A DNA stretch of 64,000 nt from Myxococcota bacterium. Its GTDB lineage: Bacteria; Myxococcota_A; Polyangia; Polyangiales; Sandaracinaceae. Position numbers and translations under genes: made by a program. Shown here piece after piece: positions 39,743 through 49,741 of this stretch; position 1 is the stretch's first letter, and every line of letters begins with the position of its first letter. The DNA is taken from positions 23,519 through 87,518 of the forward strand of contig JAYZQJ010000078.1 of the NCBI GenBank assembly GCA_036149055.1, written 5' to 3'. The notes under the pieces are model-generated. The model ran no database searches. It saw nothing but the letters and a program-made list of their open reading frames with translations, and was not told where the DNA came from.

Positions 39743-42187
39743 ATGAGGCGCCTGCTGACGTTTGCCCTGGTCTGCGCCGTCACCGCGCCCGCGGCGGCGC
39801 AGGAGCGCCCGACGGCCGACCCGACGCCAGCCTCGGAGCCGCTCCGCGCCGTCGAGCGCATGGCCGAGCCGGAGGCCGAGCTCGAGCCCATCCCCACCCC
39901 CCAGATCGGGCGGCGCATCGAGGAGACCTTTCGCGAGCTGCAGGACGTGGCGCCGCGGCTCCGTCGGCAGCGCGAGATCAAGGTGATCCGGGACGCCCTG
40001 CCCCCGTTCACCCGGGAGGTCGACCTGATGCGCGCCCTCCCGGCGCTCGAGCGGCTGCACGGCCTGTCCCCGCGCGCGCTGCTCGACCTGGAGCAGGAGT
40101 GGGAGCGCATCTCGCGCCGGCTCTCGGCGTGGCAGTCGGCCCTCGAGGCGCGGGTGACCTCGCTCGCCGAGGAGCGCTACCACGTGGGCCGCGCCAAGCG
40201 GCAGTGGCGCATGACCATGGAGGCGGAGCGGGAGGAGCCGCTCCCCGCCTCGCAGCTCGAGCGCATCCAGCGGCTGCAGGGCGAGATCCGGCGCGTGAAC
40301 CGCCGCCTCGAGCGCCGCATCGACGAGGTGCTCGAGCTCCAGGGGCAGCTCTCGGACGAGGGCCTGCGGATCGCGGCGATGCTCGCCCGCATCCAGTCGG
40401 CGCGGCAGCAGGCGCGGGACGAGCGCGTGCACCCCGACCACCGCGCGCTCTGGAACGGCGGCGGCTGGCTGCCCGACGCGCGACCGGAGGCCATCCCGAG
40501 TCAGGTCGCGGAGGAGCACGCGGCCACCCTGGCCACCTTCCTGCGCCGGGAGCGGGTCATGCTCGGGGTGCACGCCGCGCTCTTCCTGGCGATCGCGCTG
40601 CCGCTGCTGTGGCTCCGTCGGCGCTATGGCGACGCGTCGCCCCGGGCCCACGTCGCGCCGCTCCGGGCGCTGCGGGCGCGGCCGCTCGCGAGCGCCGCGG
40701 TCCTCGCGCTGGTGGCCACCCCGGTCGTGCACGCCTACGAGCCATCGGTCGTGCGGGCGCTGGTGCTGCTCCTGTTCGTGCCCGCGATCCTCCGACTCGC
40801 GCCCTACCTGTTGTCCGAGCCGCGCCGACCGATCCTGGGCCTCATCGGCCTCGCCGCGGTGAGCACCGTCGTCGCGGTGGGCTACGCGCCGCCGATGCTC
40901 CGTCGGGCGCTGCTGCTGCTGCTGCCCTTCGGCGGCGTCGTGTTCGCGTGGCTGCTCCACCGCGGGCTCGCGGGGCGCGCTCCCCTCACCGGCGGGCAGC
41001 GGCTGGTGGGCTGGATCCTGCGGCTCTCCGCCTTCCCCTTGGTCCTGGCGAGCTGGTACGGCGCCGCCGGCTACGTCGAGCGCGCCGCGGTGTGGATCGA
41101 CGGCACCTTCACCGTGATCGAGATGACGGTGGTGGCGATGATGGCGGTCGACCTCGCCTCGGCGATGATGCGGCAGGCGGCCCGGACGCGCTGGGCGCGC
41201 GCGCTCTGGACGTTCCGCAAGCGCCGCCTCGCCGCGACCCGCACCCTCGCCCGCGTGTTCCGATGGGTGGGCCTCGGCGGCGTCCTCTACGCGGCCCTCG
41301 TCGGCTTCGACGTGCTCGACCCGCTGGTCGACGGCAGCCGCCTCGTGCTCCGCAAGAGCTACGCCTTCGGCTCGATCGAGCTGTCGGTCGGCGAGGTCAT
41401 CGCCTTCGTCTCAGTCATCGCCGGCACCTTCGTCGTCGTCCGCCTCGTGCACTTCCTGCTCTCGCAGGAGTTCCTGCCGCGCTTCGATCTCGGCCAGGGC
41501 ACGGAGGCCGCGATCTCGCTCACCGTCAGCTATCTGCTGGTCGCCCTCGGCGTCGTGCTCGCGTTCGGCAACGCGGGCGTGAACCCGGAGCAGCTCGCCC
41601 TGCTCGGCGGCGCGCTCGGCGTCGGCATCGGCTTCGGCCTGCAGAACGTCGTCAGCAACTTCGTCTCCGGCCTCATCCTCGTGGCCGAGCGCCCGATCAA
41701 GGTGGGCGACGTCATCGAGATGGAGGAGCTCGTCGGCACCGTGCAGCGCATCGGCATCCGCTCCAGCACCGTCCGCGCGCTCACCGGCGCCGAGGTCATC
41801 GTGCCCAACGCCGACCTGATCAGCGGCAACCTCGTCAACTGGACGCTCAGCGACGCCCGCCGCCGCGTCGACGTCAAGGTCGGCACCGGCTACGCGCACG
41901 ACCCCTCCGAGGTGAAGCGCATCCTCGAGGGCGCGGTCCGCGGCCAGCGCGGCGTGCTCAACGATCCGAAGCCCGAGGTGCTCTGCACCGGCTTCGGAGA
42001 CAGCAGCGTCGACTTCGAGGTCCGCGTGTGGACGGGCAGCTACAGCGAGGGGGTGCGGGTGTACTCGGAGCTCGCCCAGCGCATCCACCGCGTGCTCGGC
42101 GAGGAGGGCATCGAGATCCCGTTCCCGCAGCGCGACCTGCACCTCAAGTCCGGCGCCGAGGCGCTGGGCTCCGAGACCGCCGAGTAG
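39743..42187 (+). CDS. MscS-family mechanosensitive channel, MscK-like with periplasmic coiled coil
   Basis: Signal peptide, coiled-coil region and multiple TMs; GALGVGIGFGLQNVVSNFVSGLIL..ERPIKVGD, IGIRSS, VPN, GIEIPFPQRDLH. Confidence 0.93.
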   Translation: MRRLLTFALVCAVTAPAAAQERPTADPTPASEPLRAVERMAEPEAELEPIPTPQIGRRIEETFRELQDVAPRLRRQREIKVIRDALPPFTREVDLMRALPALERLHGLSPRALLDLEQEWERISRRLSAWQSALEARVTSLAEERYHVGRAKRQWRMTMEAEREEPLPASQLERIQRLQGEIRRVNRRLERRIDEVLELQGQLSDEGLRIAAMLARIQSARQQARDERVHPDHRALWNGGGWLPDARPEAIPSQVAEEHAATLATFLRRERVMLGVHAALFLAIALPLLWLRRRYGDASPRAHVAPLRALRARPLASAAVLALVATPVVHAYEPSVVRALVLLLFVPAILRLAPYLLSEPRRPILGLIGLAAVSTVVAVGYAPPMLRRALLLLLPFGGVVFAWLLHRGLAGRAPLTGGQRLVGWILRLSAFPLVLASWYGAAGYVERAAVWIDGTFTVIEMTVVAMMAVDLASAMMRQAARTRWARALWTFRKRRLAATRTLARVFRWVGLGGVLYAALVGFDVLDPLVDGSRLVLRKSYAFGSIELSVGEVIAFVSVIAGTFVVVRLVHFLLSQEFLPRFDLGQGTEAAISLTVSYLLVALGVVLAFGNAGVNPEQLALLGGALGVGIGFGLQNVVSNFVSGLILVAERPIKVGDVIEMEELVGTVQRIGIRSSTVRALTGAEVIVPNADLISGNLVNWTLSDARRRVDVKVGTGYAHDPSEVKRILEGAVRGQRGVLNDPKPEVLCTGFGDSSVDFEVRVWTGSYSEGVRVYSELAQRIHRVLGEEGIEIPFPQRDLHLKSGAEALGSETAE

Positions 42188-42221
42188 GACACCGCCCGGG
42201 CGCCGCGTTATACCGCTCGAC

Positions 42222-44507
42222 GTGGGCGCGGCGGCGGAGATGTTCTTGCTCACCCGCGGCCTCCGGCAGCGCGCCGACGGGCTGGAGCTGACCTACTGGG
42301 GCTGGAGCGCGGACGGCCCGATCCGCGTCATGCTCACCGGCGAGCGCGCCCGCTTCTTCGTCGAGCGGGACGTCGAGACCCGGGCCGGCGACCGGGCCGA
42401 GAGCCCGCTGACGACGCTCGACGGCGCGCCGGTCGACGAGGTGACCTTCGCCGACCGCCGGGCGATGCGCGCCGAAGCCGATCGGCTGCGGCGCCAGGGC
42501 ACGCCGGCGTGGGAGGACGACGTCAAGCCCGCCGACCGCGTGCTGATGGAGCGCTTCATCACCGCGGGCTGCCGCGTCGAGGGCGAGGCCCGCCGCCGCC
42601 GCGGCTTCGTCGAGTACGTGAACCCGACGCTCTCGCCGGCCGACGTCACCCCGCAGCTCGTCGTCTCCTCGTTCGACGTCGAGTCGGAGGGCGCGGACGG
42701 GCCGCTCCTCTGCGTCGCCATCGTCACCGGCGACGAGGAGCGCGTCTTCGTCCGCGGCCGCGGCCCCGCGCTGCCGGGCGTCCGCTACTTCGACGACGAG
42801 CGGGGCGCGCTGAGCGCCTTCCTCGGCTACGTCGAGGCGCGCGACCCCGACGTGCTCATCGGCTGGAACGTCATCGACTTCGACGTCGACTATCTGTCCA
42901 GGCGCTGCGAGGCGAACGGGCTGCGCTTCTCGCTCGGACGGGACCGATCGCGGGCCCGCGTGCTCCGCGGCCACCAGCCCAACGCGCCCGCGGTGGCCAT
43001 GGTCTCGGGCCGCGTGGTCCTCGACGGCATCGCCACGATGCGCGCCGCCACCTGGAGCTTCGAGCGCTGGAGCCTCGAGCACGTGGGCCACGCGCTGCTC
43101 GGGCGCGGCAAGGCCATCGCGAAGGTCGAGGACAAGCTCGGGGAGATCCTCCGCATGTACCGCGAGGACCTGCCCGCTCTCATCGGCTACAACCTCGAGG
43201 ACTGCCGGCTGGTGCGCGACGTCTTCGACGCGGCGCACGTGCTCGACTTCGCGATCGAGCGACAGCGCCTGACCGGCCTGACCATGGATCGCCGCGCCGG
43301 CGCGGTCGCGTCCTTCGACTACCTCTACCTCCCCCGCCTCCACCGGCGCGGGCGGGTGGCCCCCTCGAAGGGCATGCGCGGCGAGCCCCTGACGAGCCCG
43401 GGCGGCTACGTGATGGACTCGGATCCCGGGCTCTACGAGAACGTGCTCGTCCTCGACTTCAAGAGCCTGTACCCGAGCCTGATCCGCACCTTCCTGGTCG
43501 ACCCGCTCGGCCTCGCGGTCTCGGACGGCGACCAGGTCCAGGGCTTCGCCGGCGCGACCTTCTCGCGCACCGAGCACATCCTGCCCGGCCTCATCGAGAC
43601 GCTCTGGGCGGCCCGGGACGAGGCCAAGCGCAAGGGCGACGCGGCGCTGTCCCGCGCCATCAAGATCCAGATGAACTCGTTCTACGGGGTGCTCGGCACG
43701 CCGCAGTGTCGCTTCTACGACCCGCGCCTCGCGACCTCGATCACCCGGCGCGGTCACGAGGTCCTGCGCGGCAGCCGCGAGGTGGTCGAGGCCGAGGGGC
43801 ACCGCGTGATCTACGGCGACACCGACTCTCTCTTCGTGCTGCTCGGCCCCGGCCTCGACGCCGCCGCCTGCGAGGCCCGGGGCGCCGCGCTCGCCGAGAC
43901 GCTCAACGCGCACTGGCGGGAGAAGGTGCGCCTCGAGCACCGCCTCGAGAGCGCGCTCGAGATCGAGTACGAGACCCGCTACGCGCGCTTCCTGATGCCG
44001 ACGATGCGAGGGAGCGAGCAGGGGAGCAAGAAGCGGTACGCCGGCTGGGTGGACACCGCCGAAGGCGGCGGCAAGCTGGTGGTCAAGGGCCTCGAGGCGG
44101 TGCGCACCGACTGGACCCCGCTCGCGCGCCGCTTCCAGAAGGAGCTGCTCCGGCGCGTCTTCACCGACCAGCCCTACGAGGCGTGGATCCGCGAGCTCAC
44201 CGACCGCCTCTACCGCGGCGAGCTCGACGACGAGCTCGTGTACCGCAAGCGGCTCCGGCGCGACCTCGACGACTACACCCGCAACGTCCCGCCCCACGTC
44301 GCCGCCGCCCGCCAGCTCGGCAGGCCGGTGCGCGAGATCGAGTACGTCATCACGGTCCGCGGCCCGCAGCCGTCCGAGCTGCGCTCCGCGGCCCTCGATC
44401 ACGCCCACTACCTCGAGCGTCAGCTCGCGCCCGCCGCGGCCGCCGTGCTGCCGTTCCTCGGCGCCGACTTCATGAAGCTCGGCGGCCGACAGCTGTCCCT
44501 CTTCTGA
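42222..44507 (+). CDS. polB: DNA polymerase II (family B); start may be ATG 42240
   Basis: Exonuclease FDVES, GWNVIDFD, YNLEDC; polymerase DFKSLYPS, KIQMNSFYG, YGDTDS, KKRYAG, KGLEAVRTDW; C-terminal QLSLF clamp-binding motif. Confidence 0.94.
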   Translation: MGAAAEMFLLTRGLRQRADGLELTYWGWSADGPIRVMLTGERARFFVERDVETRAGDRAESPLTTLDGAPVDEVTFADRRAMRAEADRLRRQGTPAWEDDVKPADRVLMERFITAGCRVEGEARRRRGFVEYVNPTLSPADVTPQLVVSSFDVESEGADGPLLCVAIVTGDEERVFVRGRGPALPGVRYFDDERGALSAFLGYVEARDPDVLIGWNVIDFDVDYLSRRCEANGLRFSLGRDRSRARVLRGHQPNAPAVAMVSGRVVLDGIATMRAATWSFERWSLEHVGHALLGRGKAIAKVEDKLGEILRMYREDLPALIGYNLEDCRLVRDVFDAAHVLDFAIERQRLTGLTMDRRAGAVASFDYLYLPRLHRRGRVAPSKGMRGEPLTSPGGYVMDSDPGLYENVLVLDFKSLYPSLIRTFLVDPLGLAVSDGDQVQGFAGATFSRTEHILPGLIETLWAARDEAKRKGDAALSRAIKIQMNSFYGVLGTPQCRFYDPRLATSITRRGHEVLRGSREVVEAEGHRVIYGDTDSLFVLLGPGLDAAACEARGAALAETLNAHWREKVRLEHRLESALEIEYETRYARFLMPTMRGSEQGSKKRYAGWVDTAEGGGKLVVKGLEAVRTDWTPLARRFQKELLRRVFTDQPYEAWIRELTDRLYRGELDDELVYRKRLRRDLDDYTRNVPPHVAAARQLGRPVREIEYVITVRGPQPSELRSAALDHAHYLERQLAPAAAAVLPFLGADFMKLGGRQLSLF

Positions 44508-44542
44508 CCGGGGCCTCGCGTTCGACCGCCAGGTGATCCAGC

Positions 44543-46585
44543 ATGGCGCCCATGCGCACCTCGCTCGGAGCCCTCGCCCTCGCCGCTCTCCTCTCCGCCT
44601 GCGGCGGCTCGACCGCCGACGAGGCGACGCTGCGCGCTCAGCTGCGAGAGGAGGTGCGCGCCGAGATGGAGGCGGAGGCGGCGCAGGCCGCGCGCCGCAA
44701 CCAGCCCCAACACGTCGACGTGGAGATGCCCGAGGTCGAGCGCTACCTCGTCGACACGGCGCACGCGCCGGCCCGGGGCGCCTCGGCGCCCCTCGTGACC
44801 ATCGTGACGTTCAGCGACTTCCAGTGCCCGTTCTGCGGGCGCGTGCAGCCGACGCTCGAGCGGCTGCTGCGGGCGCATCCCGACGAGGTGCGGCTGGTCT
44901 TCCGGAACAACCCGCTGCCGTTCCACCAGGAGGCGATGCCGGCCGCCGAGGCCGCGCTCGAGGCCTACGATCAGGGCGGCGACGCGATGTTCTGGCGCTA
45001 CCACGACCTGCTCTTCGCCAACCAGCAGTCGCTCGACCGCGCCAGCCTCGAGCGGTACGCGGCCCAGGTCGGCATGGACGCGACGCGCCTCGCGGACGCG
45101 CTCGACCGGCACACCCACCGCGCGCGCATCCAGGAGGATCAGGCGGAGACCAACGCCCGCGGGGCCCGCGGCACGCCGGCGTTCTTCCTCAACGGGCGTC
45201 AGCTCATGGGCGCGCAGCCCTACGAGCGCTTCGAGGAGATTGTCGAGGAGGAGCTCGCGCTGGCGCGCCGGCTGATGGAGGCGGGCGTGCCGCGCGGCGG
45301 GCTGTACGCGCACCTCATGCAGGACGCGCGCACCGAGGCCGCGCCGGAGCCCGAGGCCGCGCCGCTTCGCGCCCAGAGGCGCCCCGACCCCGACGCCATC
45401 TACCGCGTCCCGGTCGGCAACCAGCCCCAGCAGGGCCCGGACGACGCGCTCGTCACCATCGTCGAGGTCGCCGAGTTCGAGTGCCCCTTCTGCGCCCGCG
45501 TGCAGCCGACGCTCGAGCAGCTCCGCCAGCGCTACGGGAGCGACCTCCGGATCGTGTTCCGGCACAACCCGCTGCCCTTCCACCAGAACGCGATGCCCGC
45601 GGCGGAAGCGGCGGCCGAGGTCTACGCGCAGGGCGGCGCGAGCGCGTTCCATCGCTACGCGGCGATCCTCTTCGAGAACCAGCGCGAGCTCACCCGCGAC
45701 AACCTGCTCGCGTGGGCGACCCAGGTCGGCGTCAGCGCGGCAGACGTCGACCGCGCCCTGTCCGACCACCGCCACCGGCCGACCATCGAGGCCGACCAGC
45801 GCCTCGCGCAGAGCCTCGGCGCGAGCGGCACCCCCAGCTTCTTCATCAACGGCCGCCTGCTGCGCGGCGCCCAGCCCTACGAGGCGTTCGAGCGAGCGGT
45901 GAACGACGCGCTGACCCGCGCCCGGGCCGAGGTCGCCCGTGGCACGCCCCGCGCCCAGGTCTACGCCCGCCTCATCGAGGACGGCGCGACGAGCCCGCAG
46001 CTCCTCCCCGGCGGCGAGCCGGAGCCCGCGCGGCCGGCTCCCGACCACGTCTACGCCATCCCGGTCCCCAGCGGCGCCCCCTCCCGCGGCCCGGCGGACG
46101 CCCCGGTCACCCTGCAGCTCTGGAGCGACTTCCAGTGCCCGTTCTGCAACCGCATCCGGCCGACCCTCGACCAGATCGTCCAGCACTACGGCAACCAGGT
46201 GCGCGTGGTCTGGCGTGACTACCCGCTGCCCTTCCACCAGAACGCGATGCCGGCGGCCCGCGCCGCCCGCGAGGTCCACCGCCAGGGCGGCGACCGCGCC
46301 TTCTGGGAGTTCCACGACCTGGTCTTCGACAACCAGCGCAACCTCACGACCGACGAGCTCGTCCGCCTCGCGGGCACGGTCCGCGGCGTCAACGCGCGCC
46401 GCGTCCGCCAGGTGCTCGAGTCGGATCGCTACGAGGCGGAGGTCCGCGCCGACATGCAGGCCGTCACCGACGCCGGCGCCCGCATCGGCACCCCGAGCGT
46501 CTTCGTCGAAGGCCGCCTCATCCAGGGCGCCCAGCCCTTCGCCGCCTTCCAGGCGGCCATCGACGCCGCCCTCGCCGCTCCCTGA
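44543..46585 (+). CDS. Lipoprotein with three tandem DsbA/thioredoxin-fold domains
   Basis: Lipobox LSAC; three (DFQ/EFE)CPFC motifs, three PLPFHQ segments and three GTP...G..GAQP cis-Pro loops. Confidence 0.9.
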   Translation: MAPMRTSLGALALAALLSACGGSTADEATLRAQLREEVRAEMEAEAAQAARRNQPQHVDVEMPEVERYLVDTAHAPARGASAPLVTIVTFSDFQCPFCGRVQPTLERLLRAHPDEVRLVFRNNPLPFHQEAMPAAEAALEAYDQGGDAMFWRYHDLLFANQQSLDRASLERYAAQVGMDATRLADALDRHTHRARIQEDQAETNARGARGTPAFFLNGRQLMGAQPYERFEEIVEEELALARRLMEAGVPRGGLYAHLMQDARTEAAPEPEAAPLRAQRRPDPDAIYRVPVGNQPQQGPDDALVTIVEVAEFECPFCARVQPTLEQLRQRYGSDLRIVFRHNPLPFHQNAMPAAEAAAEVYAQGGASAFHRYAAILFENQRELTRDNLLAWATQVGVSAADVDRALSDHRHRPTIEADQRLAQSLGASGTPSFFINGRLLRGAQPYEAFERAVNDALTRARAEVARGTPRAQVYARLIEDGATSPQLLPGGEPEPARPAPDHVYAIPVPSGAPSRGPADAPVTLQLWSDFQCPFCNRIRPTLDQIVQHYGNQVRVVWRDYPLPFHQNAMPAARAAREVHRQGGDRAFWEFHDLVFDNQRNLTTDELVRLAGTVRGVNARRVRQVLESDRYEAEVRADMQAVTDAGARIGTPSVFVEGRLIQGAQPFAAFQAAIDAALAAP

Positions 46586-46920
46586 CCTCCTCCTCGGAGG
46601 TCGTCGGGGCCTTCATGTTCTCTCGCCGAGGCGCAAAGGTGCAGGCGACAGGATGTCCTTCGTGTGAGGTCTTCGGCGGCTTCAGAATTTCACGCAAAGA
46701 CGCAAAGGTCGATGCAGGCAGCGGGATGGACGCACGCCACCCTCGTCACACCTCCTTCGTGTGAGGTCTTCGGGGCCTTCATGTTCTCTCGCCAAGGCGC
46801 AAAGCCGCAAAGGTCGATGCAGGCAGCGGGATGGACGCACGCCACCTTCGTCAGACCTCCTTCGTTCGAGATCTTCGGGGCCTTCTGAATTTCACGCAGA
46901 GGCGCAGAGACGCAGAGATG
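46586..46920 (+). repeat. Left arm of intergenic repeat array: about 4 imperfect units of 70-105 bp
   Basis: TCCTTCGT recurs at 46656, 46753 and 46858. Cores TCTCGCC(G/A)AGGCGCAAAG and TTTCACGCA(A/G)AG(A/G)CGCA(A/G)AG alternate. GGCAGCGGGATGG occurs twice. Confidence 0.85.
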
Positions 46921-47109
46921 GGTCGGGGGGCAGGGTCACTCACGCTCCCAGCTCGACCTCGGCCACGGACTCCGCGTCCACCGCGGCGACGCCGCCACGT
47001 CGACTCTCCCGAGCCCCACCGCCAGTCGACCCGTCACGGACTCCCACGGACTCCCTCCCCACCCCGGCGACGCTCCGCCCACGTCGCCACAGCACGGCAC
47101 CCGCCGGCC

Positions 47110-47475
47110 TACGTCCATCCCGCTGCCCCCCGCCCCTTTGCGTCGTTGCGTCATTGCGTGAAACTAATTGCGGCCACCAAGCCGCTCACAGCACGCCCCA
47201 CGCCGGCCACCCGCCATCCCGCTGCCACCCCACCCCTTGGCGGCTCCGCGCCTTGGCGAGAGCAAGTCGCCGCCACCGAGCCGCTCACCGCAGCCCCACG
47301 CCGGCCACCCGCCATCCCGCTGCCACCCCACCCCTTGGCGGCTTCGCGCCTTGGCGAGAGCAAGACCGCGGCGACCGAGCCGCTCACAGCACGCCCCACG
47401 CCGGCCACCCGCCATCCCGCTGGCACCTCTTGGCGGCTTCGCACCTCGGCGAGAGCCAGTTCGCGGCGACCGAAG
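47110..47475 (-). repeat. Right arm of intergenic repeat array: three 99-bp units plus a partial unit, inverted relative to the left arm
   Basis: GCCGCTCAC at 47181, 47280 and 47379 (period 99). Cores CTTGGCGGCT(C/T)CGC(G/A)CCT(T/C)GGCGAGAG and CCATCCCGCTG(C/G)C are reverse-complement matches to left-arm motifs. Confidence 0.88.
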
Positions 47476-47498
47476 CGCGAGGAGGCGCGACGGGAGGG

Positions 47499-49622
47499 TC
47501 AGCGGGGTCCGAGGACGAGGTAGTCGCGGGGACCGATCGAGACGGAGCCGCCGGAGACGTCGCCGCCGGAGAGGAGGTCGACGTAGCTGCCGGCCGGGAT
47601 CGACACCGTGCGGGGTGAGTCCGCGCGGTTGATGGCGACCGTCACGTCCGGGGCGCTCTCGCCGCAGCCGCCCATCGCGTAGACCCACGTGTTCGCGTCG
47701 ACCGAGAGCGTGCGGCGGCGGCCGCGGGTCAGCGCGCGGGTCTGGGTGCGGAGGCGGGCGAGGGCGCGCACCCGGTCGCGGAGCGCGAGCTGGTGCGGGT
47801 TCAGGGACGCGTCCGACGTCGGCATCATGCGCCGGTTGTCGGGGTCGCCGCCGCCGGCGAGGCCGATCTCGTCGCCGTAGTAGAGGAGCGGGATGCCCGG
47901 GTTGGTGAAGAGGATGGCGTAGGCCACCGCGAGCCGCTCGTAGGGCGCGGCGTCGCTCGGCTGCGGCGGGCGCCAGTCCCAGCCGTTGCCCGGGTTGCTC
48001 CCCTCGCGGCAGTTCGCGATCTCGCCGCTCGCGAAGTGGATCACGCGCGGGATGTCGTGGTTGCCCGCCCAGGTCGTCATGATCGCGCTCGGGCCGTAGA
48101 ACGCGTCGTTGCCGTCCATCCAGCTCGAGAGGCTCCCGAGGTTGCCGTCGGGGCGGAAGACCGCCTCGCAGAGGCGCGCCTTGAGCGGGAAGTCGAACTG
48201 CCCGTCGAGCATCGTGTCCGGGTCGACGAAGCTGCCGATGAGGCCAGGGTCGTCGTAGGCGAAGGTCTCGCCGACGAGGTAGAAGCGGTCGCCCGGAGAG
48301 TCGGTGATCTCGCGGTTCAGCCGGTCGCGCAGGTCGGTCAGCCAGCTGAGCGGCACGTGCTTGATCGCGTCGAGGCGGTAGCCGTCGAGGTCGTACTCGC
48401 GGGCCCACCAGAGCGCGTCGTTCACGCTCCAGCGGCGCGCGTCGGCGTTCTCGAACTCGAACGCGGGCAGGTAGTCGGTGAAGGCGCAGCGGGTGCCCCA
48501 GTAGGGATCGTCCCAGAGGTTCTCCGGGCCGCAGAGCGGGAGGCGGCCGTCGCCCCGGCGCGCGAACCAGTCCGGGTGCGCCGCGTGGAGCCCGCTGTCG
48601 ATGTCCACGTGGTTCATCACGTAGTCGAAGAGCACCTTCATCGGCCGGCCGTCGGCGCCGGTCGTGGCGTGCGCGGTGTCGACGAAGGCGCGGAGATCCG
48701 CCTCGGTGCCGATGCGGCTCTCCACCTCGGGGCGCGGCACCGGGTTGCGCGGGTCCGAGTAGTCGATGTTCGCCGGCGACGGCCAGTAGCCGTGGTAGGC
48801 GCTGTACTGCCGCGGGTCGGAGGCCGGATCGATGGCGGCCCCCGCGGTGTCGCGGTTCTCGTACGGCGCGCTGAGCCAGACCGCGGTCACGCCCAGGTCG
48901 GCGAGGTAGTCGAGCGCGCCGGTCGCGCCCCGCAGGTCTCCGCCCTCGTACTGCCCGCTCGGGCCGCGCGCCGCGTCGCCGTCGGTGGCGCCGGGCACCG
49001 GGTCCGCCCGGCCGTCCGCGTCCCGGAAGCGATCGACCATCGCGAAGTACATGACGGCGTCGCGCCAGTCGAACTCCTCGAGGTCGCCGCAGCCAGTGGT
49101 GCAGACGAACATCACCGAGTTCTGGCCGCCGAAGCCGTCCGGGACGAGCTCGTCCGCGTTGGGGTCGGCGATCCAGTCGGTGCCGTCGATGATGAGCTTG
49201 TACTCGTGGCGGCCGAAGGGCTCGATGAGGGTGGTGAGCGTCCAGACGCCCGTCCCGTCGTTCATCATCTCGAGCGCGCCCTCGGCCGGGGTGCGCGCCC
49301 ACTCGCTCGGGTCGCCGGCGCGCGGCGTGAACGAGCCGCTGACCCACACGCTCGAGGCGCCCGGGTTCACGTAGCGGAAGCTGATCTCGTTGCAGGGCGG
49401 GGGCGGCGGCCCGGCGTCGACCGGCGGCGGCTCCACGCTCCCGTCTCCGCAGCTCGCGTCGCCCGCGCCACCGTCGCCCCCGCGGCAGCGGCGCCACCCC
49501 GGGACCGGCTCGGCGTCGCGATCGATCACCGGGCCGCCGTCGACCACCGGCGGGGTGACCATGCCTTCGAAGGTGCAGCCCCCGGCGATGAGCACGGCGG
49601 CGGTGAGGGTGAGAGCGCGCAT
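47499..49622 (-). CDS. GH13 alpha-amylase-family lipoprotein with N-terminal CBM48-like domain
   Basis: ATG 49622 and lipobox AGGC. CBM48-like ASSVWVSGSF...GVWTL...EYKLIIDGTDWIADP; YFAMVDRF, YHGYW, DYVMNH, catalytic DGYRLDAIKH, GETF and GNHD, GIPLLYYGDE. Confidence 0.92.
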   Translation of the reverse strand: MRALTLTAAVLIAGGCTFEGMVTPPVVDGGPVIDRDAEPVPGWRRCRGGDGGAGDASCGDGSVEPPPVDAGPPPPPCNEISFRYVNPGASSVWVSGSFTPRAGDPSEWARTPAEGALEMMNDGTGVWTLTTLIEPFGRHEYKLIIDGTDWIADPNADELVPDGFGGQNSVMFVCTTGCGDLEEFDWRDAVMYFAMVDRFRDADGRADPVPGATDGDAARGPSGQYEGGDLRGATGALDYLADLGVTAVWLSAPYENRDTAGAAIDPASDPRQYSAYHGYWPSPANIDYSDPRNPVPRPEVESRIGTEADLRAFVDTAHATTGADGRPMKVLFDYVMNHVDIDSGLHAAHPDWFARRGDGRLPLCGPENLWDDPYWGTRCAFTDYLPAFEFENADARRWSVNDALWWAREYDLDGYRLDAIKHVPLSWLTDLRDRLNREITDSPGDRFYLVGETFAYDDPGLIGSFVDPDTMLDGQFDFPLKARLCEAVFRPDGNLGSLSSWMDGNDAFYGPSAIMTTWAGNHDIPRVIHFASGEIANCREGSNPGNGWDWRPPQPSDAAPYERLAVAYAILFTNPGIPLLYYGDEIGLAGGGDPDNRRMMPTSDASLNPHQLALRDRVRALARLRTQTRALTRGRRRTLSVDANTWVYAMGGCGESAPDVTVAINRADSPRTVSIPAGSYVDLLSGGDVSGGSVSIGPRDYLVLGPR

Positions 49623-49741
49623 GTCGTCGAGTCCCGGTCGAGGTCGGAGCGTCACTCAGGCCGGAGACACTCTCGAGCGGAGACACTGTGAGGCGTTTTC
49701 CGGCCTCTGTCCAACCCGGGAGATCGGGCTAGACCCCCCGG

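Noticed and set aside
42222..44507. Phage, casposon or other mobile-element family B polymerase
   Set aside because: The sequence fits cellular Pol II with a clamp-binding tail and host-like codons; no cas1, integrase, terminal repeats or phage genes are nearby.
46586..47475. CRISPR array
   Set aside because: Units are about 100 bp and repeat along their whole length with no unique spacers; the arms are inverted; no cas genes are in the window.
46664..47632. ORFs across the repeat region (for example 46761..47618, 46831..47523, 47151..47444)
   Set aside because: They are translations of the DNA repeats, with atypical codon usage and no recognisable domain.
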